Assembly (NCBI GenBank): GCA_002269645.1
Contig: NIVC01000873.1
Span: forward strand, 124,001 to 188,000
Length of the DNA: 64,000 nt
Source of the DNA: Macrostomum lignano
Lineage: Eukaryota
Reading direction: 5' to 3'
Shown: positions 1-32,431 of the stretch, piece after piece
How the letters are laid out: each line of letters starts with the position of its first letter
Numbering within the stretch: the first letter of the stretch is position 1
Notes under the pieces: generated by a model
Told to the model about the DNA's origin: nothing
Database searches by the model: none
The model's input: only the letters and a program-made list of their open reading frames with translations
Translations under genes and position numbers: made by a program

Positions 1-302
1 CTGAAACAGCTTTGATCAGCTGAGATGGAGCAGCGAAATTCGAACAAAAATGATACAATTTGTAACGACTGAATTGTAAAACGCTCCAAATTGATGTTTC
101 GGTTACAGTTCCACAACAAAAATTTTGACAAAAATAAACCGCAAGAACTCAACTCAACCCGAATTAAATTAGCCACGATCTACGAGCTACGAACTACATC
201 AGTTTTTGATGCGTTTTCTAAAATTTATACAAGCTACGTGACCTGGTTGAGATTAGCGTACAGAACATGACGTGAAAAGTACCATAAACATTAACATTTT
301 AG

Positions 303-1698
303 GCAAGCTGAGGGCATTCCTGGTATGCCGCAAGGAGTGCATCGCCAAATGCGACCGGCTTGTTTACGTCTACTCGGAGAAGAAGGTGCGTGATTGAGAT
401 TTGAACTCTTTCTGCCGTGCCGATATGTGCTAATTTTCTAACTTGAATCCTACACAATGCGCTACTTTGCAGGAGTTCTGCCACGAGTGCCTCAAGCAGT
501 GCATCTCAGCTGTTGTGCAACAGGCCAGAAGCCTCGGGGTGAGTGATGAAGATTTGGCATCTTTGTGCACCTGTGGATTCATGGGCATGTTGATTAACTC
601 TTGGTGCTTCCAGGATGTCCACTGATTCTCTTCCGGTGATTACATGATGTGGAATCCACTGATTCTCTTCCGGTGGTTCCATGATGTGGAATCCACTGAT
701 TCTCTTCCGGTGGTTCCATGATGTTGAATCCACTGATTCTCTTCCGGTGGTTCCATGATGTGGAATCCACTGATTCTCTTCCGGTGATTCCAGGATGTTG
801 AATCCACTGATTCTCTTCCGGTGGTTCCATGATGTGGAATCCACTGATTCTCTTCCGGTGGTTCCAGAATGTGGAATCCACTGATTCTCTTCCGGTGATT
901 CCAGGATGCGGAATCCACTGATTCTCTTCAGGTGATTCCATGATGTGGAATCCACTGATTCTCTTCCGGTGGTTCCATGATGTGGAATCCACTGATTCTC
1001 TTCCGGTGGTTCCAGAATGTGGAATCCACTGACTCTCTTCCGGTGATTCCAGGATGTGGAATCCACTGATTCTCTTCAGGTGATTCCATGATGTGGAATC
1101 CACTGATTCTCTTCCGGTGGTTCCATGATGTGGAATCCACTGATTCTCTTCCGGTGGTTCCAGAATGTGGAATCCACTGATTCTCTTCCGGTGATTCCAG
1201 GATGTTGAATCCACTGATTCTCTTCCGGTGATTCCATGATGTGGAATCCACTGATTCTCTTCCGGTGGTTCAAGAATGTGGAATTCACTGATTCTCTTCC
1301 GGTGATTCCAGGATGTGGAATCCACTGATTCTCTTCCGGTGGTTCCAGGATAACAGCGATGGCCTTCCAATGAAATCCACGGTGACTCATTGACTGTCCC
1401 TTTATCCTCTCAGGTGGACTTGAACGCAGCGGACGGGGAGCCGGAGCGGCAGCCGCAGATGCAGGCAGACTCAGCGGGTGCCGCGATGGCTGGCAGCGGC
1501 CATGGCAGTCGCCGGGATCGTCGCGGCAGGAAACGGCTGAGCAGGAAGCAGCGCGAGGAGCGACGCCGACGTCGCCGGCGCCAGCGACAGCGCAACAGGA
1601 AGCGGCGCCGCGGCGCCGACAGGTCGACCGGAAGTGGCGGAAGCGACGCTCGTGGCGGACAGACGGGTGGCCTGCTGAAGAACTGCATTGTGCACTGA
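303..1698 (+). CDS. 3' portion of an unidentified multi-exon gene: Cys-rich segment, Arg-rich tail, C-terminal CaaX-like CIVH
   Basis: Exons 303-385 (tttag| ... |gtgcgt), 473-538 (ttgcag| ... |gtgagt) and 1414-1698 (ctctcag| ... TGA) join in frame: (G)KLRAFLVCRKECIAKCDRLVYVYSEKK-EFCHECLKQCISAVVQQARSLG-VDLNAADG...RRRRRRRQRQRNRKRRRG...KNCIVH*. Start lies upstream of the window. Family not recognised. Confidence 0.7.
606..1350. repeat. 37-bp minisatellite (about 20 copies) filling the last intron of the first gene
   Basis: Unit GATTCTCTTCCGGTGGTTCCATGATGTGGAATCCACT; explains the STSWNHRKRISG-type ORFs. Confidence 0.95.
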
Positions 1699-2420
1699 TA
1701 GCCATAATGCGCGCAGTACATTATTGAGCTCGCTCGGAGGCCGAAATTGCCATAGACAATTCGGGCTGAAAGATTCGCTGGTGACGGGAGAAATTTAGTG
1801 TGTTCGCACATTTTTACCCGATTTAGCATATCATAATTTAATGATTCCTTTTTTTCAAGTAGGCTGTTCGACTTGTGTAGTAACCATTTCCAGTTTGTGT
1901 TTTTCTGTAGAAAATTCAACTAAAATATTGCTCCAAATGAAATCTCCATGGCTTCAGAAACAAGTCTGCTACAGCGCTACAATTTCAAAGCAAAATTTCG
2001 CTTTTGTACTTAAAAGTCTCGCGACACTTTTTATTCGATATAAATAAAACATTGTAAGTAAAGTTCAACTTCCTTTAGATAGCATCGAAGTTAATTTGTA
2101 AGAAATTCGGGTGAAAAACTATGTCCAAAAATAGTTGTTTATTTGATTTCAATTTCGAAAAATTATCACGCGTAACTGGAGCGTATATAGCCATAGATAC
2201 ACTGCAGCTGTGGCTCTTTAAAGATTTTAGCAGAAAATGCTTAGACAGAGAAAGAAAAAATTGATGAGCAAGTTTATATCAATAAAAAAGTCAGGAAAGG
2301 TAAAAAGAAACCGCGAGATTCGCAAGAAAAGGGATACAAAATTTGACAGAAAAATTGATTGATTTCATTGAAAACAAATCAGAAGCTCTGCATCCTCGCA
2401 AGCTGCTCAAGAAACTGAGC

Positions 2421-4148
2421 TCAACCAGCACGCTGTTGAGATGACTTGAACGCCAAGTAATTCTCCTCCTCCAATTCCGTCATCAGCTTGTTCAGCGCGT
2501 AGATCTAAAGTTTGCGATTAGAAATAGGTGACAGCCTCAAGGTGAAATGCATCAGGTTGGAGCCTGCTGTGCTTGGCATCATCAGCCATAATTTGTAAAC
2601 AGCAACTGGAAACAGGCCAGAATCATGTGGCATCATCTAGTACCATCTCGCATCATTTAGTACCATCTGGCATCATCTAGTATCATCTGGCATCATCTTG
2701 TATCATCTGGCATCATCTAGTATCATCTGACATCATCTAGTACCATCTGACATCATCTAGTACCATCTGACATCATCTAGTATCATCTGGCATCATCTAG
2801 TACCATCTGGCATCATCTAGTATCATCTGACATCATCTAGTATCATCTGCAATCATCTAGTACCATCTGGCATCATCTAGTATCATCTGGCATCATCTAG
2901 TATCATCTGGCATCATCTAGTATCATCTGGTATCATCTAGTACCATCTGGCATCATCTTGTACCATCTGACATCATCTAGTATCATCTGGCATCATCTAG
3001 CACCATCTGACATCATCTAGTACCATCTGACATCATCTGGCATCATCTAGAACCATCTGACATCATCTAGTACCATCTGGCATCATCTGGCATCATCTAG
3101 TACCATCTGGCATCATCTAGTATTATCTGGCATCATCTAGTACCATCTGACATCATCTAGTACCATCTGGCATCATCTAGCACCATCTGACATCATCTAG
3201 TACCATCTGACATCATCTAGTACCATCTGACATCATCTGGCATCATCTAGCACCATCTGACATCATCTAGTATCATCTGGCATCATCTAGCACCATCTGA
3301 CATCATCTAGTATCATCTGGCATCATCTAGCACCATCTGACATCATCTAGTACCATCTGGCATCATCTAGCACCATCTGACATCATCTAGTACCATCTGA
3401 CATCATCTGGCATCATCTAGTACCATCTGACATCATCTAGTATCATCTGGCATCATCTAGCACCATCTGACATCATCTAGTATCATCTAGTACATCTGGC
3501 ATCATCTAGCACCATCTGACATCATCTAGTACCATCTGGCATCATACTGCATCACTTGGAGCTACTCAGAATCAACTGAAACCATCTTGTATCCCTTGTA
3601 ATCATCCAGTACGATCTGAAATCATAAACTTTCTAATCCTGCTCCATCCAGCATCACCGCTAGCCATCATCCAGCACAACCGCTGTGAAGCGCCCTGCAC
3701 CAACCCGTCGCCTCTGCTGCGCCCGCTCCTCGGCCTCCCAAGCGCCTGCCGAGTCCATCGCCCAGTAGCCAGGCGCCACTCGAGCGGCAGCGGTCGAGCG
3801 TCGCATTCGAGACGATGTCAATTTAAACAAGTCGTTCGATGTCTGCTGTCGCATCAGCAGAGACTTCGATGTTGTCGAGACTGCGCCAGGTCGAGACGGC
3901 TCCGGCGCTGGACAAGGCGTCTTCGTGGACCTTCGGGGCAGCGTCGGTACAGAAGGCCGCGTTGGCGGTTGTGGCTGCGGCTGTCTCTGCTTCAACTGTC
4001 CAGGCAGAGCCAGAGTGTAAGAAGTGACGGCTCTCTGCAGCGTCAAATCCGCCTGCTTCCGGGACGCTGAAGGCAGAGCCGGTGGCTGCTGCTTTAGCTG
4101 TTGAACCGGTTGGTACTCCAGCAGCATGAGTCGCGTGGCACCGGACAT
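2421..4148 (-). CDS. SVBP/CCDC23-like protein (small vasohibin-binding protein motif) with long N-terminal extension, 2 exons, about 175 aa
   Basis: Last exon 2504-2421 after ctttag encodes IYALNKLMTELEEENYLAFKSSQQRAG*, matching recalled human SVBP IYALNRVMTELEQQQFDEF. Proposed exon 1 4148-3705 ends EAEERAQQRRR at a weak phase-0 donor cgg|gttggt, aligning ungapped with ELKQRQRAE. Exon 1 and start are less certain than exon 2. Confidence 0.55.
2630..3545. repeat. 20-bp minisatellite (10-bp subunits) in the SVBP-like intron
   Basis: Unit CATCATCTAGTACCATCTGG with variants. Confidence 0.95.
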
Positions 4149-4284
4149 CGCATGCCAGATTGTCTGCGCGCTGGTTCAATGCACTGACCGGGACTTCCGG
4201 CATGCTGGCGGTATTTTAGTTGTAAAAAATATTTATTTTAACAGTTAAATACAAGCACCGTGCCGCTAAAAAACTGAATTTATA

Positions 4285-4712
4285 ATGTCCCTCTACAGCA
4301 GGGACCACCTCTGTCATGTCCCTCTACAGCAGGGACCACCTCTGTCATGTCCCTCTACAGCAGGGACCACCTCTGTCATGTCCCTCTACAGCAGGGACCA
4401 CCTCTGTCATGTCCCTCTACAGCAGGGACCACCTCTGTCATGTCCCTCTACAGCAGGGACCACCTCTGTCATGTCCCTCTACAGCAGGGACCACCTCTGT
4501 CATGTCCCTCTACAGCAGGGACCACCTCTGTCATGTCCCTCTACAGCAATGACCTCCTCTGTCATGTCCCTCTACAGAAATGACCTCCTCTGTCATGTCC
4601 CTCTACAGAAATGACCACCTCTGTCATGTCCCTCTACAGAAATGACCACCTCTGTCATGTCCCTCTACAGAAATGACCACCTCTGTCATGTCCCTCTACA
4701 GCAGGGACCACC
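4285..4712. repeat. 31-bp minisatellite (about 14 copies) between the C2CD2-like and SVBP-like genes
   Basis: Unit TGTCCCTCTACAGCAGGGACCACCTCTGTCA; the three ORFs are offset by 31 nt. Confidence 0.95.
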
Positions 4713-5502
4713 TTGCTATCAAAATGGTCAGTCAAAAAAGTCTTACACAGAATAGGTATCAAATATATTTGCTTTCTGCAATTAACCGGATGTGTAAAAA
4801 CAATATTTAACGCCGATAAAGCTGCTCATAACTCGATGACAACAATCAGATAAAAAATCCTAGACTGCCTAGGAACAAAACATACTGCAATAACTTTTAA
4901 AATACAGACAGCGAAAAATCTGATATAACAAAAAACGCGCAAAAATGTTAACAATGAGCGTGCAAATCTCTACCCAGAGTTGGCAATATAAATTAAAACA
5001 ACCAAATCAAAGGGATACTAACTAAAAATCACAAATTGACACTTATAGACTGAGTTAGATAACAAAGCAGTGCTTAAAATTTAATCTATATATTTCGTTA
5101 ATGATTTTTAAGCGGAATACTCGCAAAATTCACACTACTGACCAGGCAATCAATAAGTAGACTAGTGCGCATATACCTTACTAAATAGAATTATATATAT
5201 GAAAAAATCAGCACGATAATGAGTGCAGAATAACAAACTAAATTTGTGAAAAACTCCTCTAGTAAAATTTTTCTTAACTAAAATTGCTTCTAAAAGCAGG
5301 AAATCGAAAAATTTTAATCGAAAGTCCTCAATAGAAATAAAGATAGAGGAGAAGAAGAGAGACATCGGCTTTTTGATATAATGCAACTGCGGCTAACAAA
5401 TTAATTATCCATTTCGAACATTTGAAATCAGCTGCTACTCAAAAAAATTATATATCTGATATTTTATTTATTTAATTCCGGAATGTTTTGAAGCCTCACA
5501 AG

Positions 5503-25939
<20,437 letters not shown>

Positions 25940-28281
25940 ATTATTTAGCTCTAATCAGTTTATGAGATAATCTTGCTCTGTAGTTGCCAATGTAATTCCA
26001 AATTAATGGCATGACTTGGCCAGAGTGATGGTCAAGCTCGAGGTGGCATGCAATTATTTGACAAAATGTAAAGCTGCATGGATAGAATTATAAGGGATTG
26101 AGGCTGGGGCTAACCCGATGAGGCAAATAGTGTACTTTTAATCAAATTATGAGTGGCAGAGACGCGGCAGTCAGACCATTTCTACTACTGCTGCGCTGGG
26201 TAAAATTATTTTCGCCTCCAATTAAAGCCTAATCAAATTTAACTCCATCAATGCTGGGCTGGCTGAAAAGCTGCGAGTTCCCAAGGCTGAATTGGGTGTT
26301 ACAATTGCGCAGTTGATGAAGCCAATGGGGTTCAATTATTTTCTTCATGCATGCACTTTTATGGCGCAGTTTAACACAGCTATGCAGGCATAGGTACGAA
26401 GTAGATAAGTGCACAAGTGAATGCAAATGACAGAGCACAGAATTAGAGGATGGGGGGGGGGTCATGTGGTTTCAATTCCAGTCAGTCTGCTAGAATTTTC
26501 ATTGCTACATAGGAATAGAACATCTAGAAAATGGGGGTGCAGCCAGGAGGGACACCAAGGCTAGACCCAGAAAATTTCACCCTACATACAGGTTCCCTCT
26601 AAGAGCCAAACCCCATACAACCCTACCTTGCTAAATTCCCAAGATCCCATCTAACTAAAGCATTAAAACAACTCATTGCCTCAATTTATATATCAGATAG
26701 GTAGATACTGGTATAAGTATATAGGTGGTACTCAGAAGATTCATAAACAAAATGTTTAAAAAATGTGTTAATCAAAGACTATGCTACTAGGTAGGCCTAA
26801 AACTCTTAAAGTTAGATTAGGTTACTAAGCTATATACATGTATATAAATGTTTTTCATATTTAATTTTGAGGTAGTTTACAATTCAAATAATCTTGATTT
26901 AATGATATTAAAATTGTTTTCCTAAATAAAAATTTACTAAAAGGGTATAGTATTTACTAATAAGTTTTCTATCTCAAATTGAAATGAATTAAAGTAAAAA
27001 ACGAAGTAAGTCAATTAGAATTAAAAAACAACTTGTCAGTTTATAGAAGAATTGGATGGACTTATAGCTATATTGGCAGAAAAAGTTATACTTATAGTAA
27101 CAGAATAAGTAATAGGTAAAACATATTTTCATTTCTATCTAGTATATACAGTATCCTAGGATGCAAATATCAGTTTTTACTGAAACATACTAAAAAATTA
27201 CACATTTAGTACATTTACACTGCATTCTACAATAATTAACCATGAAGTCATGAACACATAATTTGTTTGACAGTTTGTATCTAACAGCATCTTAAAGTAA
27301 TTTTTCAGTCAAAAATTATTTATAAAAAGCTATCTCACTCTCCACGAAGCAAAATGGTCACTGGTGAGCCTAATTTTTATGAGATTTTCTAGTTTACAGC
27401 TCAAACCAATATTTTTTCTGTTGTACGAGTTAAAATCAGAGGTACGAGTATGCAATAAAAGTCTAAAACAGCAAATTTGCTTCGTAAATCGAATTCTGCA
27501 GAGCGTTTCTTTGAACTTCTATGCTATTGTACTCATATAAATCGACTTTGGCTTACCAGCTACAGCTATCTAACAGGCTACGGTGTTTTATTATGCACAT
27601 AATACAATATAAAAATGACAAAACATTCCAAAACAAAACTGTTGAAAGCATCTTTCGCGGAAAGTATTAATCTTGAATCCACCATAATCATAATAATTGG
27701 GAAAAAGAAGTTGCTGCGCATACAATTTTTCGTTAAAAATTACAGTATACTGATATGTAAGAACCAGGTTGTCAACATTTTCAATAAATAAAGATTTATC
27801 CTCATTTTCTTTGATTACATTTTCAATTTCTAGTTTAAAATTTAAACTAGTGTATTACATGAAAATCGGTAGCTAGAATTTCATTCCTTATGTATAACGC
27901 CAAATGATGCAGTTTACCGTAACATAAAGACATACATACATAAGGATCCAGGATCGTCTACCGGACTATTCGTCTGCACTAGCTATATGGCCAGTGGTCT
28001 GGCGATGCGAAATTGTGGATTATTAATCTATTAATTAGATTATAATGTGGATTATAATCTATGAATTATTAATAATTGATAGATTATTAATATCATTGCA
28101 ACTATGATTACCAATTTACCAATGGGCAAGTGCGGTTTTTCTGATGTAATGGGCAAATTGGTAATAATTATTGCAATGATATTATTTATTTATCATTTAT
28201 TATGGACAATTTAACATTGACAGAGGAATAAACCACTAGGCCTACTAGGCCTAATAGGGGCCTACTAGGCCTAGTTACTAA

Positions 28282-28583
28282 GGATAATGGCTAGAGTTCT
28301 GGCACTGGAACCCATTTTCTAACAGCTAGGGATCTGACAGTGCCATATAGAAGCATAGGCCTATAAAGACTGCTAAGAACATATCTTAAGAAGTCTGAAT
28401 ATTAGAAGCATCTCATCTTGAATCTTATCATATTGTCTTAAATTAAAATCTAGAACAAAATCTCAATATCATATCAGCCACCTGTAGAAAGAAAAATATA
28501 ATTTTCCATCTATATTATAATGGCACTATTGGATCCATAGCCATTTGAAAATGGGTTCCAGTGCTGGAACTCTAGCCATTGCC
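28282..28583. mobile_element. Small TIR element (MITE)
   Basis: AATGGCTAGAGTTCTGGCACTGGAACCCATTTTC at left is the reverse complement (2 mismatches) of GAAAATGGGTTCCAGTGCTGGAACTCTAGCCATT at right; flanks gTTACTAA / aTTACTAA resemble an 8-bp TSD. Confidence 0.7.
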
Positions 28584-30818
28584 ATTACTAAGTTAGGTAC
28601 TATATTTTACTAAATAATTTCATTATAAATGCCATATGGCACAGGCTATTTTTTACACAATTATAAAAACTTGTTTCAAGGAACAAAATATTATTATTTG
28701 TTATTTTACTTTATTTAATCTAGACCTAATTATTTGATCTTTATCATTGATCTAAATATTTTTTTTCATTATTTTTTGTTACTTTATATAATTTATAAAT
28801 AAAAAACAAAAAGTACACATATTTAATTCATTTCAAAGAACCTTTACTTGCATTTTCAAATTTTCAATAGTTATTAAACTATAGAACTATTAGGAACTTA
28901 AAAAATTACATTTGAAGCTACCAAAAAATACTGTTACAAATAGGCCTATTGGTTTGTGACTCTAAGTCTAACCATAGTAGGCCTAAAAATGCAGTAGGTT
29001 TCACCTAATTTTCCAGCATAAATAAGCTATTTCTTTGGTGCAATTAGTGTATCTAAAGCAAAAGAAGAAATGAAGGCTTATAACTTAGTACAGTTTATAA
29101 TATAAGGAGTCTAGTGAGATTTTAAAAATTTAGATTTTGTTGATTTTTTTTCTTTCTATCAGATAGATCTAGTTGGTATAAGTAAAATGACGTTTTATTC
29201 ATAAAAAACTAATCCAAGGATAAAAAGTTATTTTTGTGTCCTTTTTGTCTATTTTTATAATGCATTTTTCCTTTAAGGCCCTATAATCAATTGTGATAGG
29301 AAGACAAAAAACCAGAGAAAAATGTTTGTAACATTTGAATGGCCTAATGGATTTTCAAAATATAAAAAGTGTAATTTTTACCTAAGTTATAGTATAGTGT
29401 TCTATGCATATCCAAAAATAACTAGGAAACTTTTAAGGGAAATGTGTATATTCTTGCATCTACCTAAAATGAAAAACTAAAGGAGGTTCATTTTAAAATT
29501 AATTTCCAAGAAAATCTGTGCGAGATAGGCCTACATTAATAAAAATTTGCTACATCTTATTAAACATAAAATTCTACATTAAAAAACAATGCTAGCAAGG
29601 GAGAGGAGGGCACCAAAATGAACATCTGAAAAAAGTCACAAAGTTTTTAATGCAGTTTTGTAAGAGAAAAAAAATTCCTTAAAAAACTTTCAATAAGTAC
29701 TTTGTTTTGTGCTCTTTCTTCCTAAAAGTTTTGTTTCTCTATATTCAAATGCTTTGAAGAATTTCAAATTTGCTATAAGTAGTCATTTTTGGTTTTGGTC
29801 ACATGGGTATTTTATGTAACAAAATTCACAAACTTTAATTGTGTATAACTTTTAGACCACTTTACTAATTAGCCTGTGTGGCCACTCTTTGGAAAGTATA
29901 ATTTGTGATCTTTTTAAATATATTTGGTTCTTTTTAATATGTTTGTTTTAACATTGATTTTTTCCTTCCAAAAAGGGTTACCATTTTGTCAATTTTTCAT
30001 TTTTTTCAGTTTTTTAATGTAGCTCACTGGACTCCCTACAGTTAGTGCATAGTTAGGGTTTAAGATTCCTTTAATTAATAATTAGGCTTAATATTTACAA
30101 ATTTTGGTGATTTTTGTGATATATAATTATTTGGATTTATGCTTTATAAAAGTTTGTTATAATTATAGAAAATTTATAATAACCATTAATTTTATTACAA
30201 ACATCCATGTACTAAAATGGTCTGTCTGTGGGTATGCAATCAATTTTAGCAAAATAAGACCATTCTAAATTCAAATTCAATTCAATTTGGATAAAAATAA
30301 TGCCATTGCAAATTTTTGAATCTAGATTCTATAAGTAGGCACTAAGCCTAACAAATTTATAAATTTTTTTAATATGTTTTTTTATATGATAATCCTATAT
30401 TTTGTCACATGGTACAAGAAATAAAATTGCTTTGGCGCATAGCAAATAAGGAAAAAAGAAATAAAATTTATTCTGGCACACACTATACATTTTCTTGACT
30501 ATGGGCTTCTGATTCTCTAATACCCAAGAAATATTGTCAATAGTATCGTAGCATTAAGGCATTATTTTGCTATGGATATGGTTATAGGAAGTTATAGGTA
30601 TAGAGGTTTTTTTGTGAAACATAGATATGAATATGGTTATGGGAACACAAACTTCCTTTATTTAGTTCCTATATCTAGTAATACCACTCAATTGAGAGTT
30701 GAGAGACCATTGGAGCTATTGATTCAATAGTGGTAGGGTAGTAAAAATAAATGAATGTGTTGCCAGCTTCAAAGTAAGGGGAACTCATAAGTACCTAGAA
30801 TTTAGGACTCAAGCATCA

Positions 30819-31602
30819 GGCTCATTCCATATAAGATGGACATATTTGGAAAATAGAAAAAAATTAATATTTTTGCTTGCCATTGCCTAATTAGCCTATT
30901 TTTTACCAAATGTTTATATTGTGCAATATATACAATCTAAGAATAAAGGAATGGTAAAATGTTGGATTAGTATGTTATCAATTGGCAAAAAGTCATTTTT
31001 GTAAAAATTTGGACATTTTTCGAAGCAAAAGACATCATTAAGATTTTGTACCTTTTAAAAACAAATAGAAAGCTTTTGAAGGTTGAAACAAACTATAGAT
31101 AAAAGTATAGTACTTGCATTATCAGATAAAAGCATTGGTGACCAAATAATCTATTATATTTTTAATGTATTAGTACCTCAAAGTTACTGAATTGACAGAA
31201 AAAAATATGTTACGACCATAATGTTACGACCATAAGGCTGCCTTTTCTTTTGTATCTTTGTTGCCTTTTGAGTTTATATATTCTAATAAAAGAGTATGAT
31301 TTCTAAAGATGTTCTTAGTCAAATTTTAAAAATGTATTGCAAAATATCAAAAATGAAAAATGTTATAAGACTTTTACCTTTTAGTTTCTATATGTCAAAA
31401 ATCCTGTCGTTACGACCATAAGTGTCATTTAAGGTTTAATAGCATCTATACTAATGATGATATCTATATGAAACTCTATAAATATATTCTAGACAAAATA
31501 ATCTTTCATTTAAAATATTGGTTTAGTATATTCTATTATTAGATTTCATTTTATAAGTAAAAATAACCTGTCATGTTACGACCATGCTTTATGGAATGAG
31601 CC
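30819..31602. mobile_element. Non-autonomous DNA transposon with GGCTCATTCCA TIRs and 4-bp TSD (ATCA)
   Basis: ATCA|GGCTCATTCCATATAAGATGG ... CCATGCTTTATGGAATGAGCC|ATCA; removal restores a unit of the flanking ~115-bp repeat. Confidence 0.8.
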
Positions 31603-31639
31603 ATCAATATAAATTGTCAATACCATGTCCTTATTGTTG

Positions 31640-32110
31640 AGTGGTAAGGGCTAAAGAATTAAGATGAATGTTTTCACTTTCCAGGGAAAGCTCTTAAGTC
31701 CCTGCATAGATTTAGGGACTTATCAACAGTTTGGATACCACATGCACATTGTATTTGGTTTGTAGGGGCTAATATTAAGATGAGTCTTTTCACTTTCAAT
31801 ACAGGAAGAACTCTTAAGTCCTTAGGGTTGGGGACTTAAACAACAGAGTTTTGATGCCATGTGCACATTGGGGTTGGTGCAACTAAAGTTAGGATGAATG
31901 TTTTCACTTTCAATCGGAGCTCTTAAATCCCTGGGGTCAGGGACTGGGATGGGGTTGGGATAAGATAACTTTTTTCATCTTCAATGTGAGTAGAGCTCTT
32001 AAGTCCTTAGAATTGGGGACTCAAGCAACAAAGATATAAATTTTTGACACTACACAAACATTGAGGTTGGAATAGGGCTGGGGGTTAAAGAACATCCAAG
32101 ATGAGAAGGC
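31640..32110. repeat. Degenerate ~115-bp tandem repeat (about 4 units, plus one left of the 30819 insertion)
   Basis: Recurring AAGATGAATGTTTTCACTTTC...GCTCTTAAGTCC...GGGACT...CACATTG. Confidence 0.75.
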
Positions 32111-32431
32111 TTGAAAATATTACTATGAGAGGTCATCAGAACTAATGTTTAAAAATTAAGGGTAGTACTTGGCAATGTCAATGCTCTTTAAAGAAATGAA
32201 AAATTGAAAAACTGATATAATCATCTATCTAAAATTATCCATTGTAAAATGATTTATAACTGGCAAAGGCATGCATTATTTTCTAGGAAATGTATTTTAG
32301 CTCACTAAATGAAGTAAAATGCGAGAGTAACTATATATGTCTTAAGAGATGTAAACTCCTCGTCAGCTAAATATCTTCCTACTTCAACAGTTGATTTGTT
32401 GCTAAATTTTATTAAAACCCCGCAGCCAAAA

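Noticed and set aside
3823-4203. 126-aa ORF MPEVPV as the main product of the SVBP-like locus
   Set aside because: No recognisable motif, poorer codon usage than the overlapping frame, and no good donor linking it to the SVBP-like exon.
26000-32400. Protein-coding gene in the AT-rich C2CD2/TRIP4 spacer
   Set aside because: No long ORF or GC-rich exon-like segment; content is explained by MITE-like pieces and degenerate repeats.
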